Origin: Narcine bancroftii
Taxonomy: Eukaryota
Length of the DNA stretch: 64,000 nucleotides
NCBI RefSeq assembly: GCF_036971445.1
Contig: NC_091475.1
Span: 5,394,001 to 5,458,000, forward strand
Direction: 5' to 3'
Shown here: positions 24,312 through 36,920 of the stretch, one piece after another
Layout of the letters: every line of letters begins with the position of its first letter
Position numbering within the stretch: position 1 is the first letter of the stretch
Translations under genes and position numbers: made by a program
The notes under the pieces: model-generated
Seen by the model: only the letters and a program-made list of their open reading frames with translations
What the model was told of the DNA's origin: nothing
Database searches by the model: none

Positions 24312-25495
24312 AATCACCAATAACCTAGACAACCAGTGACTAGCTGTGGAGCTTTTGAATCTATTCTTGCTATGATTTCCTGATAAGGGATCAACAGCTG
24401 GATCCTGCGTCAGAGCAGAGTCCGTGCAGGACCAAAGAACCATAGATTTCAATTGGGGTTGTAGGGCAAAGATTGATGAAGTACAGAAAAAACAAGTTCT
24501 TCTTAAACAAAGGATAATTACTTCAGATGAAAAAACTCAAAGAATTACAAATATTCTTTAAAGTTGACTTTTTATAAAAAGTTCATTTTTATTCGCTGCA
24601 GTTATGTTCAAAGGTCTTTCAATCTTAATGATGTTTAAAAACAGTTTTTTTCTGCTGTTATATCCTTAATGGATTTCACACTAGCAAAATTATGTTGCAT
24701 TTGCTCTATACTAACTGAACTTTCTCTGTAACTCTGTACTATATCTTACTTGATTTAATAGGAATGATATGTCCAGCTGGACTGCTCGCAAAACAAACTA
24801 ACTTACTGCAACTTGATACATGTGACAATAACATTGAATTTGAACTTGAAAACAATTAACACTTTGAATGGTGATTAAAATCTCTCCCGATTTTGTCAGC
24901 TGCTCGTGGCAGTGAGCAGTATTTGGTGAGTGCAGTGTGTGGCGCAAATGTGAACTGCTATGAACACAATTCCCCTTTATTTTGGAGTGCAGACGGCTGG
25001 ATCTATCACACAAGCCCTCTGCACCTAGCTCAGGAAGGGGCAGCTTGTGAGTGCCAATTCCGAGCAGAGAGATCAGCCCAGCAGGATACAGCCAATTCCC
25101 CAACATTAACACTGTTGGAGGTTTTGCCACGTTAAAGTACTTGTGTTTGCAGTAAGCCATAGCAGATTAATTTCAACGATATCCCAGACCAAGCTCAATA
25201 GGATCAAACCAAAAGCAAACTCCTGGAGGTAGTTTCTATGGAGGTAGAGGGTCAGTCAATTTTTCAGATCAAGAATATTCATTGGGATCTTCAGCAGTTT
25301 GCTTTTTGCTCCAGATCACAGCATCTGCAGTATTTTGTCTTCCCTGAACTTGACGGGAATTTGGATCAGAGGCAAAGCTTAAACTTAAATCATATTCTTC
25401 AGGTTCAGGGAGCAAAACTTTGATTGATTTATGATTTGAGCTTTGGAATGGGAACAAAAGGAACATTAATATCTAAATGAGAAGAATTTTCATAC

Positions 25496-26271
25496 CTTTG
25501 AAAATATTTAAGTTCTTTTCCATTTAAGAGGTTTCTCACGTAATATCCTGTGGCATGGTTGAGGCGTGAAGAGCAGGGAAGCTTCTCTGGTTTGTAACAG
25601 AACCAAGGCTCCCCCGTCTTGATATCAGTAAAATCACAGAGTGGTTTGGTCTGTTTCAAACACAGATTACACACACTAGATTTCATGATCTTACCTAACT
25701 TGAAAGTGCTTCTAAAATACACTCTTTGGGATTCGTTCCGTAGCTGCTGAAGTATTTGGATCCCTTCACTGGGATGAACCAAGGAAACAGATACTTGGAC
25801 TTTCCCCGGCCAGAGTAAAGTAAAATTTATATAATAAAATCCATTTTGATGATCTATAACTGTTCCTACCGATCCAGCCTTTAGCTCTGGAGTGTGGATC
25901 CGTGCTTGGAGATAGTCACCCCCATATTGCTTCGGATTTCCTTCAAAATCGTACATGCGCAGCATCACTTGTAATTGATCTCCAACGTAGAAAGTCTTTG
26001 CAGAATTTAAAATAACGAAGCGTGTCCGTGATGGGTCACTGCTTTTCATAAAATGCACGGCCGGGTTGGGAGGTTTTGGCCATTCAATCATTTTCGTCAG
26101 AACTGTACCCTCTGACCTTTCTTCAGGGGTGAAGGTGTGAATCTGGTAGCCACATTGCAAGAGTCTGTCTGTCCACATTGACAGATTTTTCTCCTTTGAC
26201 AGGTCTCTCCTGTGATCAGACTTTGGTTTTGGATATTTCTCCCGCACAAAGTAAGTTTCATTGCCACCAGA
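25496..26271 (-). CDS. NXPE3: NXPE3-like coding exon 2 (776 bp, N-terminal domain: GDQLQV...KQYGGDYLQARIH...LVHPSEG...EPWFCYKP)
   Basis: Lies in ORF 25429..26247 with NXPE-type motifs (YGGDY, DHQNGFY, LVHPSEG, PWFCYKP). Acceptor tttctacag|TCT at 26271; donor CAA AG|gtatg at 25496 (phase 2). Confidence 0.95.
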
Positions 26272-26610
26272 CTGTAGAAAGGAATAACTTATTATAATAA
26301 ATATCTTTGCAATTAATTACTAATATCAAGCCCATGGAAAACCAGGAATTTAAACAAGGGGAAGCAACCTAAGAGAGAATCTTAAGTTGATGGGAACATG
26401 TCAAGGCAATATTCAAGGAAAGAACAGAAGCTTATCTTGGTGAAACTATAGATGCAGAAGGATAGACATCGTTCGAGAAAGTGTGATTACTGGGGCTAGT
26501 AAACCAGAAATGGCCAAGTGATAGGAGAAGTCCGCAGCGTGCAAGTGTAAATGGGAAGAGCTGAGGAAACAAATGACACAAGAGAAGCATGACAAACAAT
26601 TCACCTCAAT

Positions 26611-27345
26611 TCTGCTGATGCCCAGCGCTCACTGCAGACTACATCTGCTGATCCCCAGTGCTCGCTGCAGCCTACATCTGCTGGTGCCCAGTGCTCGCTG
26701 CAACCTACATCTGCTGGTGCCCAGCGCTCACTGCAGACTACATCTGCTGATCCCCAGTGCTCGCTGCAGCCTACATCTGCTGGTGCCCAGTGCTCGCTGC
26801 AACCTACATCTGCTGGTGCCCAGTGCTCACTGCAACCTACATCTGCTGATGCCCAGCGCTCACTGCAGACTACATCTGCTGATCCCCAGTGCTCGCTGCA
26901 GCCTACATCTGCTGGTGCCCAGTGCTCGCTGCAACCTACATCTGCTGGTGCCCAGTGCTCGCTGCAACCTACATCTGCTGGTGCCCAGTGCTCGCTGCAA
27001 CCTACATCTGCTGGTGCCCAGTGCTTGCTGCAGGCTACATCTGCTGGTGCCCAGTGCTCGCTGCAGCCTACATCTGCTGGTGCCCAGTGCTCGCTGCAGC
27101 CTACATCTGCTGGTGCCCAGTGCTTGCTGCAGGCTACATCTGCTGGTGCCCAGTGCTCGCTGCAGCCTACATCTGCTGATCCCCAGTGCTCGCTGCAGCC
27201 TTCATCTGCTGGTGCCCAGTGCTCGCTGCAGCCTACATCTGCTGGTGCCCAGTGCTTGCTGCAGGCTACATCTGCTGGTGCCCAGTGCTCGCTGCAGCCT
27301 ACATCTGCTGATCCCCAGCGCTCGCTGCAACCTACATCTGCTGGT
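26611..27345. repeat. 33-bp minisatellite (CTACATCTGCTGGTGCCCAGTGCTCGCTGCARC) x about 22 in the intron between NXPE3 coding exons 1 and 2
   Basis: Tandem units are directly visible and give 11-aa periodic ORFs (LHLLVPSARCS on plus, ADVGCSEHWAP on minus). Confidence 0.97.
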
Positions 27346-28209
27346 TTGTTACTCTCAAAATTAATATGTGAATAGATATTTCTTTCCCCCCACCGCCCCA
27401 CCCCGCTCACAACCCTGCCAAGATTCTTTAAGCAATTTTCATTCATCCCAATTCATTTTATATGGCCAGATCTGAAATATTCCATTCCCTAGTTGGTTCC
27501 ACAAAATATTATACTTTCCATATTTACCAACTGATTTAATCCACAAAAAGACTAAAGTCACACACCATTATTGCAGTACCTTTTCCACCTGCAACTATCA
27601 GTGCTAGATCTATGCTCTGTCCTCAAGGGACCCATAGACCATTCTCACCAGGAACTTTATCCATTTTCTATTTCTTATTGGCACTCAGTGATTCAATGTT
27701 TTTGATCTTCCAAATTAAACATCATTTCTCACGACTGCTTTATCATATTTTATTGATAGAAATTAAGTGATAGAAATCTCCAACTTGTATGTTTTTGTGA
27801 AGTCACCCAGCCTTTGCCACCCAACAACCCTGTTTCTGTAATGTCTATTGATTTACATTTATCTATGACTATTTAAACCAGTAATTCAATTATATCTGAT
27901 TACAAATTTTGATCTTTTACTATTTTTCTTCATCTACACACCAGTAATCTCAATCTGATAACTAAGCAGCCAAATAAATGATTAAAGAATTCTCATAGAC
28001 AGGAAATAAGGAAAAATAAAAAAGCTAAAATTTGAAATATTTTACAGCAACATTTGATGAAAAAAATAACATTTTAAGATGTGAAAGCAGTTGTATGATT
28101 AACTGGAAATTCAATGCCAAGTCACCAGAAATGTTACATGACTATTCTTGACATGTCAAGTCTTAATTCATGTATCTACTTCTTTTGGGCCTAGTGTTTC
28201 ATTACATAC

Positions 28210-28317
28210 CTTCATCTGTTGGAAAATGACCAGCAATCCCATCAGCATCAACAGAATAAAACCGCACTGGAAACTGGATCTGGTAAGGATGGAGGTTTTT
28301 GAATGTTGTTCTTTCAT
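28210..28317 (-). CDS. NXPE3: NXPE family member 3-like, coding exon 1 (MKEQHSKTSILTRSSFQCGFILLMLMGLLVIFQQMK; type II TM anchor)
   Basis: Read manually; not in the ORF track. ATG at 28317 in agtATGa context, 36 codons with a hydrophobic stretch, donor AAG|gtatgt (phase 0) matching the phase-0 acceptor of the next exon. An acceptor (ttccag) at 28359-28360 implies further upstream non-coding exon(s). Confidence 0.8.
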
Positions 28318-28671
28318 ACTTGTTTTTCAATTTCATCACAAACTAATGCTTCTTAAATCTGGAATAGCACAAAACAAATATTGAAACCCAGGACTGACAA
28401 TATTTTAATGGTAAATCATACGCACATTTTCATTTTAATTGACACGATTAAAAGGAACCTACAAATGACATTTATTATCCATGAATAATCCCAGCATTTT
28501 CTGCTTTTATTTTAGATTTTCAGCATCTGCAGTTTTTTGAATCCAACTTTCCAATTATTCCTGTCTTCTCACTCCTTATACTTTTTTACTACTGTACAGT
28601 TGAATCCTGCTCTCCCCTCACTCCCCATACTCACTGATAATTCACCAATGTACAAGTCACAATGGGTGAGT

Positions 28672-28998
28672 CGTAGCGGTACGCTTGGAGAGAGTGGGCA
28701 GAACCAGTGCTTACAGCTCCTGTCTTGAGATAGCTAGACACAACAGCCTCCTATATACTAGCAACTAGCCACTAAAGCCACAAGGCATAGGTCCCGTAGG
28801 TCTACTGAGAAGCCCTGGCCTACTCAACATAGCTATGTCATGAGGTCATTAGCACTTCATGACGCCAAGTCACATGTGTGTCTATATTAAGCCTGATAAC
28901 ACTGTAATAAATGTTCTTCTCTTCGCTAGCTGACAACTTAAGGCATGGTCTCATTATTTCAACATAATGGAGTATGAGCACAAATATCATCCGTCACA
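28672..28998 (+). mobile_element. Solo LTR with 4-bp TSD (gagt)
   Basis: cgtagcgg (TG changed to CG) ... gtcaca termini, internal AATAAA near 28906, gagt at 28668-28671 and 28999-29002. Confidence 0.7.
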
Positions 28999-30019
28999 GA
29001 GTCACAATATTGTCTCTCAGATGCATGTTACAAATAGCCCCCACCAGCATTCCCCCTAGCCCACAGTTCGCAAACTGGGATGGAGCTTAGGGGTGGTTCC
29101 AAAGAGAGCAAGCTAGCCCATATGCCCAGCTTTATACTGCAGTCAGCAAGGGTAGGTGGAGGGTCAACCTTGGTAGACCCATGTGATTTTAGGTGAGGTG
29201 GACCACCAATTGGAAGGTGGTTTTATCTGTGGGTGGGTCTGATATTGATTGACAGGGAAGTGAGTTTAATCTGCTTTCAGACCCTCCAGGTTTCAAGCAC
29301 ATGGGAACTGTGCTGACCAGCTTCTTGTCTCACCTGTTGAATAATCCTCTACAGGCCTAATTCACTATCAGACATTTTGTGGACAGGAAAGGTATAGTAT
29401 GACTGGTTGATCTCTTTTGAAGGACTTTGTATCTATGTCAATGAACATTGCAACATCTGATGGTCTGCCTGAGTCAAGAAGATACATATTCACAGTGCAC
29501 AGTGGGATGGTTAATGTAAACCAAAAGAGAAATAACAGTTTAAACTATCAAAGCATTTACAGAAATCCCACAAAGAAAGTGATTTGGAAACAAGTCAAAC
29601 ATGAGGGTAAAAGTTATCAATGGAAGCTAAAAGGGATAAATATTTGGATGGTGATAGTTGAGCACCAATGCCATGGAAATATTTGACAGAAATGTTTACA
29701 TTTATCTTTACCAATGGAATTCTGCCTGCAAATTACCTATAGCAGATAATTGAGAAATTCCAAAAATTATTGGGATCCAGAAAACCAAATAAAAATGTAT
29801 AATTTCTATCTAATTATCATGGCAATGCATAACTATAGGAAAATTAGAAACTTGTTGAGGTCCACTGTCAAAAATAATGCAAACTGCAATAAATATACTG
29901 CAATAAAATTATACTTATACTAGGAATACAATAGCCTAATCATTAATAGGCAGAGGGATATGTTTTACGGTAGATGGTAGGAGGCCTTTACTTCTAAGCT
30001 ACCTGAAGAGATTTGGCAT

Positions 30020-30790
30020 TTTAAATGGTTATTTTAATACTCATCAAAATTCTACAGATGGACTGTGGAAAGTATGCTGATTGGTGGTCTGGTTTGGTAA
30101 TCCAAATGTCTAGAAATGCAAAAGGAAGCAGAAAGTGGCCAACCTAACCAAGTACATCATGGTCACTGACATCAACGTGGAACACTGCTACAAGAAGGCA
30201 GCCAACATGATAAAGGATTCTCATCACTCTGGTCAAAGCCTCTTCTCCAACAATTAAATATTTCTCATGTCATAAAACAGAACATGTAATATTACACGAA
30301 ATAGTCTTTGGCGTGCAGCATGGCAGAACTGTTTAAGGCCTTATGGAGCCATCGGCATGAGGACCAGGCAGTTGAACACTTCAGAAAGGGACTATGTCTT
30401 GGCTCCCCACTCTCCTTGGGTCCTCACCAGTGGCATCACTGCCGTTACTGCACCTTCGGCTGTGGCGCCATTTTTTCCCACCTTCAGGCAGAAACTACAA
30501 GACCCTAAAGTCCAGCACTTCTAGGTTCAAAAACAGGGTTTTTTTCCCCAACACCTAACAGTGTCTTTAACTTGCCTGGTGTTTGCTGTAAACTAGTCTG
30601 GGACCACCAAAAGATCTCATTGCACTGCAACAATATTTATCTATCCTTTTGTATTTACCATCTTTTCCTCTGCCCTGTCATATTGTGGTAATTTAATTAT
30701 TTACTATTGCAGTTGGTGTACCTCTTTGGCTGCAGCAAGTAGGAATCTTGGAGCATCTGTACAATGTACTTCCACATATGACAATAAACT
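30020..30790 (+). mobile_element. Old L2-clade 3' fragments
   Basis: Degenerate ctacagatggactgtggaaagtatgct, ccttcaggcagaaactacaagac, tail tatgacaataaact. Confidence 0.6.
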
Positions 30791-30820
30791 GTCATTACTC
30801 AGGACACAATTACTCTAAAC

Positions 30821-31199
30821 CAGTGGTTCTCAACCTTTTTCTTTCCACTCACATTCCTCTTTAAGTATTCCCTATGCCATCGGTGCTCTGTGATTATAAT
30901 AAGGGATTGCTTAAGGTGGGATGTGGATGGAAAGAAAAAATTAGAAAACCACTGTTTTAATCGTACCTCATTGACTCGTTATGTGCACAGTTTCCTAACT
31001 CCAAAGGAAATGGGCCAATGACAATTTTTCTCAAGCAAAATATGTCAGTAACAACTGGGTCTAGGAGGTTCTCAACCTTCCCTTCCCACTCACATCCCAC
31101 CTTAAGCAAGCCCTTACCAATTACAGAGCACCCATCGATTAGGGATTACTTAGTGATATGTGAGTATGTGAGTGGAAAGAAAAAGGTTGAGAACCACTG
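30821..31199 (+). mobile_element. Dimeric MITE family A, copy 2
   Basis: cagtggttctcaacc ... ggttgagaaccactg termini, with the shared internal spacer. Confidence 0.9.
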
Positions 31200-31955
31200 G
31201 ATTAGGGCTGGTGCAAAGAGTAGTTCAATTTACCGAGAAGAAAAGCAGATAATGAACAAATTATTGAATGAAAAGTTTGAGAGGATTAAGAAAAGCTCAA
31301 GAAAATTGACAATTATGGGAGAAGAAAAAAGGAGCAGTGTGAATACTGGGAATATATTTGCAGGATGGAGAGGCATTCGCATGAGAATGGGTTAATGATA
31401 AGGAGTGGAATCCAGATTGGATAATGAGTTTGATTTCTTACAATATCAAATGTCGTTGTAAGTGACTTGCACAGGATAGAACAATATCAAAACAATAACA
31501 AAAGTTGAACTTTTACCAGTACCAAAGGTTCCAGGCTGTTGAGATTATGCAGTAACAGTACGTAAACACAGCTCAGTGGCTATGTGAAATGCAATTCAAG
31601 GGAGTAAGGAATCAAATGAATAGTTAGTCTAATAATGATGCCCTCTTCATTACGCAAAAGTTCAGAATGTGCTTTCATTCTTTTACATTGTGCACTACAT
31701 TTGCTGGTCGACAGACCAATGCCATTGCATCCTATTAATACCCACCATGCCTTTCAGAGACAATCCTGCCAAAGTGTGATGACCGAGTCACAAAGTGAAA
31801 GTGAACAATTGTAGGATAATGTACCCAACAAGATATAATTACTGGTGAATTTAATTGCTGAGTTCCTCCAGCATTTTGGTGTGTTTTTACTACAATCACA
31901 GCGTCTGCAGATGTGTTTCACTCTACTGAATACTTGACCAGTTACTGGAGGATAT

Positions 31956-33357
31956 CTTTGGCTTGGCTTCGCGGACGAAGATTTATGGAGGGGGTAAAAT
32001 GTCCACGTCAGCTGCAGACTCGTTTGTGGCTGACAAGTCCGATGCGGGACAGGCAGACACGGTTGCAACGGTTGCAGGGGAAAATTGGTGGGTTGGGGTT
32101 GGGTGTTGGGTTTTTCCTCCTTTGCCTTTTGTCAGTGAGGTGGGCTCTGCAGTCTTCTTCAAAGGAGGTTGCTGCCCACCGAACTGTGAGGCGCCAAGAT
32201 GCACGGTTTGAGGCGAGATCAGCCCACTGGCGGTGGTCAATGTGGCAGGCACCAAGAGATTTCTTTAGGCAGTCCTTGTACCTCTTCTTTGGAGCACCTC
32301 TGTCACGGTGACCAGTGGAGAGCTCGCCATATAACACAATCTTGGGAAGGCGATGGTCCTCCATTCTGGAGACGTGACCCACCCAGCACAGCTGGATCTT
32401 CAGCAGCATGGACTCGATGCTGTCGGCCTCTGCCATCTCGAGTACTTCAACGTTAGGGATGAAGGCGCTCCAATGAATGTTGAGGATGGAGCGGAGACAA
32501 CGCTGGTGGAAGCGTTCTAGGAGCCGTAGGTGATGCCGGTGGAGGACCCATGATTCAGAGCCGAACAGGAGTGTGGGTATGACAACGGCTCTGTATACGC
32601 TTATCTTTGTGAGATTTTTCAGTTGGATGTTTTTCCAGACTCTTTTGTGTAGTCTTCCAAAGGCGCTATTTGCCTTGGCGAGTCTGTTGTCTATCTCGTT
32701 GTCGATCCTTGCATCTGATGAAATGGTGCAGCCGAGATAGGTAAACTGGTTGACCATTTTGAGTTTTGTGTGCCCGATGGAGATGTGGGGGGGCTGGTAG
32801 TCATGGTGGGGAGCTGGCTGATGGAGGACCTCAGTTTTCTTCAGGCTGACTTCCAGGCCAAACATTTTGGCAGTTTCCTCAAAACAGGACGTCAAGCGCT
32901 GAAGAGCTGGCTCTGAATGGGCAAGTAAAGCGGCATCGTCTGCAAAGAGTAGCTCACGGACAAGTTTCTCTTGTGTCTTGGTGTGAGCTTGCAGGTGCCT
33001 CAGATTGAAGAGACTGCGGTACCGGATGTAAACAGCGTCTTCATTGTTTAGGTCTTTCATGGCTTGGTTCAGCATCATGCTGAAGAAGATTGAAAAGAGG
33101 GTTGGTGGGAGAACACAGCCTTGCTTCATGCCATTGTTAATGGAGAAGGGTTCAGAGAGCTCATTGCTGTATCTGACCCGACCTTGTTGGTTTTCGTGCA
33201 GTTGGATAACCATATTGAGGAACTTTGGGGGGCATCCGATGCGCTCTAGTATTTGCTAAAGCCCTTTTCTGCTCACAGTGTCGAAGGCTTTGGTGAGGTC
33301 AACAAAGGTGACGTAGAGTCCTTTGTTTTGTTCTCTGCACTTTTCTTGGAGCTGTCT
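31956..33357 (-). mobile_element. 5'-truncated RTE-clade LINE, copy 1 (RT C-terminal half, 401-aa open stretch 32008..33213)
   Basis: GMKQGCVLPPTLF, LLFADDAAL, FTYLG, C-terminal CNRCNRVCLSRIGLVSH; 8-bp TSD gaggatat (31948-31955 and 33358-33365). Confidence 0.95.
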
Positions 33358-33995
33358 GAGGATATATTAGTGCAGTAATGGGCAATAAGTTCTCAAAGGA
33401 TTGTGGCTTTTCAACAGACAACGGTGCATAGAGTGGAGAAACTCCAAACAGTGATACTGTAATTATAGTCAATGAATAGTTGGTAACCAGTGGTACAATC
33501 CCATGCAGGTCCAAAGGGAGATGTGCCCAGTTAGATCAGCAGTACCAGGCTCAGACATGTGGTCAAAAAAAAAGACCCTGAAAGCATATACACTTAATAA
33601 CAATTACTGTTCATTTGTCCAAGTTCACTGCTATCAGGCAATTTTCAGCACTGATCACAGAATTAAACCAGTCATTACATTCAACAGGCTCTGGAGCCTT
33701 AACTTGTTACCGGACAGGAAGGTATTTGGTGGGTGCAGAGAGAGGTTTGTTGTTCATTGGACACGCAAACTGATTTCCTTCATTCAGCAACCGAAGTGTC
33801 TTTCCAAAGAAACTTGCCTTCTTCCAAGTTACTGCAAAGAGTTTTTCTTTTCCCCTATTTTAGGAGAAACACAATAACCAGGCACTTCAGAGATTTCGAA
33901 CAGGCTGAACATGGAACTCAGAAATGGGGTCTTCAGCAGGCTTTTCACTCTGCCAGCCTTTCACTGACTGCTGCAGTTTTTATTTTCTTCTCTCT

Positions 33996-34831
33996 CCCTT
34001 TCAGGTGGCCTGAACAACCCCTTGTAAAGCCGCATAATCTCCCTCCTTGCTAAAGACATACTTACCTGAATGTGGCAGAAGTGCCTCTGAGGTACCGAAA
34101 CCAACCCTCCACTGGGAGGGATAATTGGCAGAGCGCCATGCTCCGCCTACACACCTGAATGTGCAGCCACTTTAAGCGACTGCCTGGGGGAGGGCTGATG
34201 ACTTCATCAGCCCACAACCTAACTCCCTGATGCCTGACAGCCCCCTGGCCCGCTACCTAACAGCCCCATGCCCCCTGGGGAGGGAAGCCGTTGGGGCAAG
34301 GGCGGCCATCGGGGCAGGGGAGGTCTGCGGGGGCCATCAGAGCAGAGATGGCAGCGGGGGACTTCAGGGCAGGGGTGGCTGACAGGGCAGGGGCGGCCAG
34401 CGGGGGGTGTCAGGGCAGGGGCGGCCAGCGGGGGTGTCGGGGGCAGGCGGTGAAGGCTGTGACAGTCCGGCTGGCCGCTCCTGAACCGGGACCACTCTCT
34501 GCGGCTCAAAACATGGCATAGCAATGGCGATCTTCCCTACCCATAATCCCCTGTGCAGATGGAACTGTTGTGGAAAGCACAGAGTGGTTCCTTCTGCATG
34601 GGGGATTATGGGTAGGGAAGATGCCGCATATTTAAGACAGGTGGCGCTGCAGCACCAGTTCCCCTGCCTCCATCAGATCTGGAGGGGCTACAGGGTGCCT
34701 ACAAGTAGGCCCTTTCAGGTGGACCAGTCAATGCTGCAGCAGCCGTTTAGGGCTGCCACCTGAAAGGTGCGTTCGCAGTTTTAAATCCGCTCCTTTCGCC
34801 GGCCTCAAGTTGGAGGGTCCACCTGAAAGGG

Positions 34832-34833
<2 letters not shown>
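33996..34833. mobile_element. Non-autonomous DNA element (probably a Harbinger-type MITE), inserted in a (TC)n tract
   Basis: 13-bp TIR ccctttcaggtgg (33996-34008) / ccacctgaaaggg (34819-34831); internal repeats of acctgaa and ttcaggtgg; GC-rich core. Confidence 0.75.
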
Positions 34834-34873
<40 letters not shown>

Positions 34874-35069
34874 CAATTTGTTTCAGTTTCTAGCTCTTCT
34901 TCTTTCTGTCTTTGTTTCTGTTTCTGTAATGAGATGTTTGCTTGAGAAAAATAACCTAAACTACCTAATCATGTTCCCCCTTTTTAAACATATATTTTAT
35001 TAACTTATTCCATAATGAAATTCACAAAGATGTTATTGGAACTGGAGGGCTTGAGTTATTAGAGTTCTG

Positions 35070-36070
35070 ATGGTGGTTCGGGCTACTGCAGGCTCCCCAT
35101 GATATCCTGTTAATAAACATTTGGAGCGAACCTCCAACTCCCCGTCTTTAAGTTCATTTCTGCGAGAATGCCTCTATTTTGCCATTATGGATCATTTGGG
35201 AATGAAAGGCCATATGTTCCCCCGGACAAGCATTACTCCATGACAATGGCTACAGCGACTGGCCACTGTAACAGCCTACTCTACATCTGGGACGAACAGT
35301 CTCAGCGCAAAGTTCTAGTCGACCTGTGTGTGAAGGTTAGTGTCCTTCCTCCTTTGGGCTTTGACACCTGTACCAGAAGCGTGGGTCTGGTGCTCACTGC
35401 AGTGAATAACAGTTTGATTCGTATGTTCGGCACATGGACTATACCCCTGATATTTGGTGACAATAAGTTCACATGGAATTCATTCTTGCTGCTGTGTCCC
35501 GGCCGTTGCTGGGTGCTGACTTCCTCAGAGCCCATTCACGGATGATGGACTTAAAATGACGCTGGTTGGTGAACGCCGCAACGTTCCGGACTTTCCGCCT
35601 TGGAAAAGCCAAACCACCCGCCCCGCACTTAGACGCCGTGGAGTTTTTGAACAACGAATTCGCCAAACTTCTTGCAGAGTTCCCAGACATTGTCACTACC
35701 CAGTTCTCCACTGCCACACCCAAACGTGGCATTGCCCACCACATCCTCACCCAAGGACTTCCTCTACACGCCCGAGCTCGACGCCTGCCGTCTGACAAAA
35801 CAAGAGTTCCACAAAATGGAGGAAATTGGAATCATACACAGCCCGTGGGCTTCCCCGCCACATATAGTCCCGACCTGGTGGAGATTACATGTGTCTCAAT
35901 GACACTATCACTGCAGACCACTAACCTATGTCCCGTATACAAGACTCTACAGCTAATCTTCATGGGGCCATGATATTTCTAAAATTGACTTGGGTGTGTG
36001 GGTACCACCAAATACCTGTAAACCCAGAAGATATGCCCAAGACCACCATCATAACACCATTTGGCCCAAT
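35070..36070 (+). mobile_element. Decayed Gypsy (CsRn1-like) protease-RT fragment
   Basis: VLVDLCVKVSVLP, EFPDIVT..HHILTQGLPLHARARRL, SPWASP, GYHQIPVNPEDMPKTTIITPFG. Confidence 0.8.
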
Positions 36071-36219
36071 GGACCCAGTATGGACCCTTGTGGCACAACG
36101 TTGGTCAGAATCTTCCAATCAGAAACACATCTTTCCACTACTACCCTCTGCCATCTTCCACTAAGTTCCCCTTGGATTCCCTCCTTAATCTGCTTTGTCA
36201 CCTTTTCCAAAACTGTCAG

Positions 36220-36918
36220 GTTCTAGAGACATGACTTCCCAAACATGAAGCCATGCTGACTATCCAAATGCTGATAGATCCTTTCCTGCAGAATCCCCTC
36301 CAGCATTTTTTCTGACCAATGACATCAAGCTTATTGGTCTGTAGCTGCTTGTCCTTGCTGCCCTTTCTAAACATTAGCCACTCCCCAGTCTTCTGGCACT
36401 TCACCCAAGCTTAAAGATGATGTAAATATCTCAGCAAGGGCCTCTGCAATTTCTTCACTAGCTGCCCACTGGTGCAAGGATGCACTTCAATAAGGCCCTG
36501 TGGATTTATCCACGAAGCTCCAAGACTATCAAGAGCAAGACCTCCTCTCTGGTACTTCTAATGTGGTCCACAGAGTTCCTTCAATTCCTTGGCTTCTGTA
36601 ATCATATCATTAGAAATATTTATTCAAAATCCCACCATCTTGTGATACACAAGAACAGCCCTGTTGATCTTTAATGGAACCAATCATCTTATCAGCCTTG
36701 CCCTTCACTCTGACAGGAAGACAAGGTGCTTGGGCTCTTGCTATCTTTTAAAATATCCCACTTTCTAGTAATCCTCTTACCTACAAACACCCTCTCCCAA
36801 TCAACTTCTGCAAGTTCTTGTCTAATTGCTCCAAAATCAGACTTTCCCCAATTTAAGACTTCAATTATAGACCAATCCCATCTTTCTCCATAACTATTTA
36901 AAAACTAATGGAGTATGG
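36220..36918 (-). mobile_element. Old CR1 ORF2 fragment
   Basis: Minus-strand homology to CR1 (ttgcagaggcccttgctgagatattt, WLMF RKGSKDK). Confidence 0.7.
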
Positions 36919-36920
36919 TG

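Noticed and set aside
26611-27345. CRISPR-like array (33-bp repeats)
   Set aside because: Units are head-to-tail with no unique spacers, there are no cas genes, and the context is a vertebrate intron.
32008-33213. 401-aa ORF as a host or domesticated gene
   Set aside because: It is the RT C-terminal half of a 5'-truncated RTE with a TSD and an in-frame stop just upstream.
34055-34075. Strong minus-strand donor (ttcag|gtaagt) as an NXPE3 upstream exon
   Set aside because: Lies within a TIR-bounded MITE and overlaps its internal acctgaa repeat; no supporting exon, although exonisation cannot be excluded.
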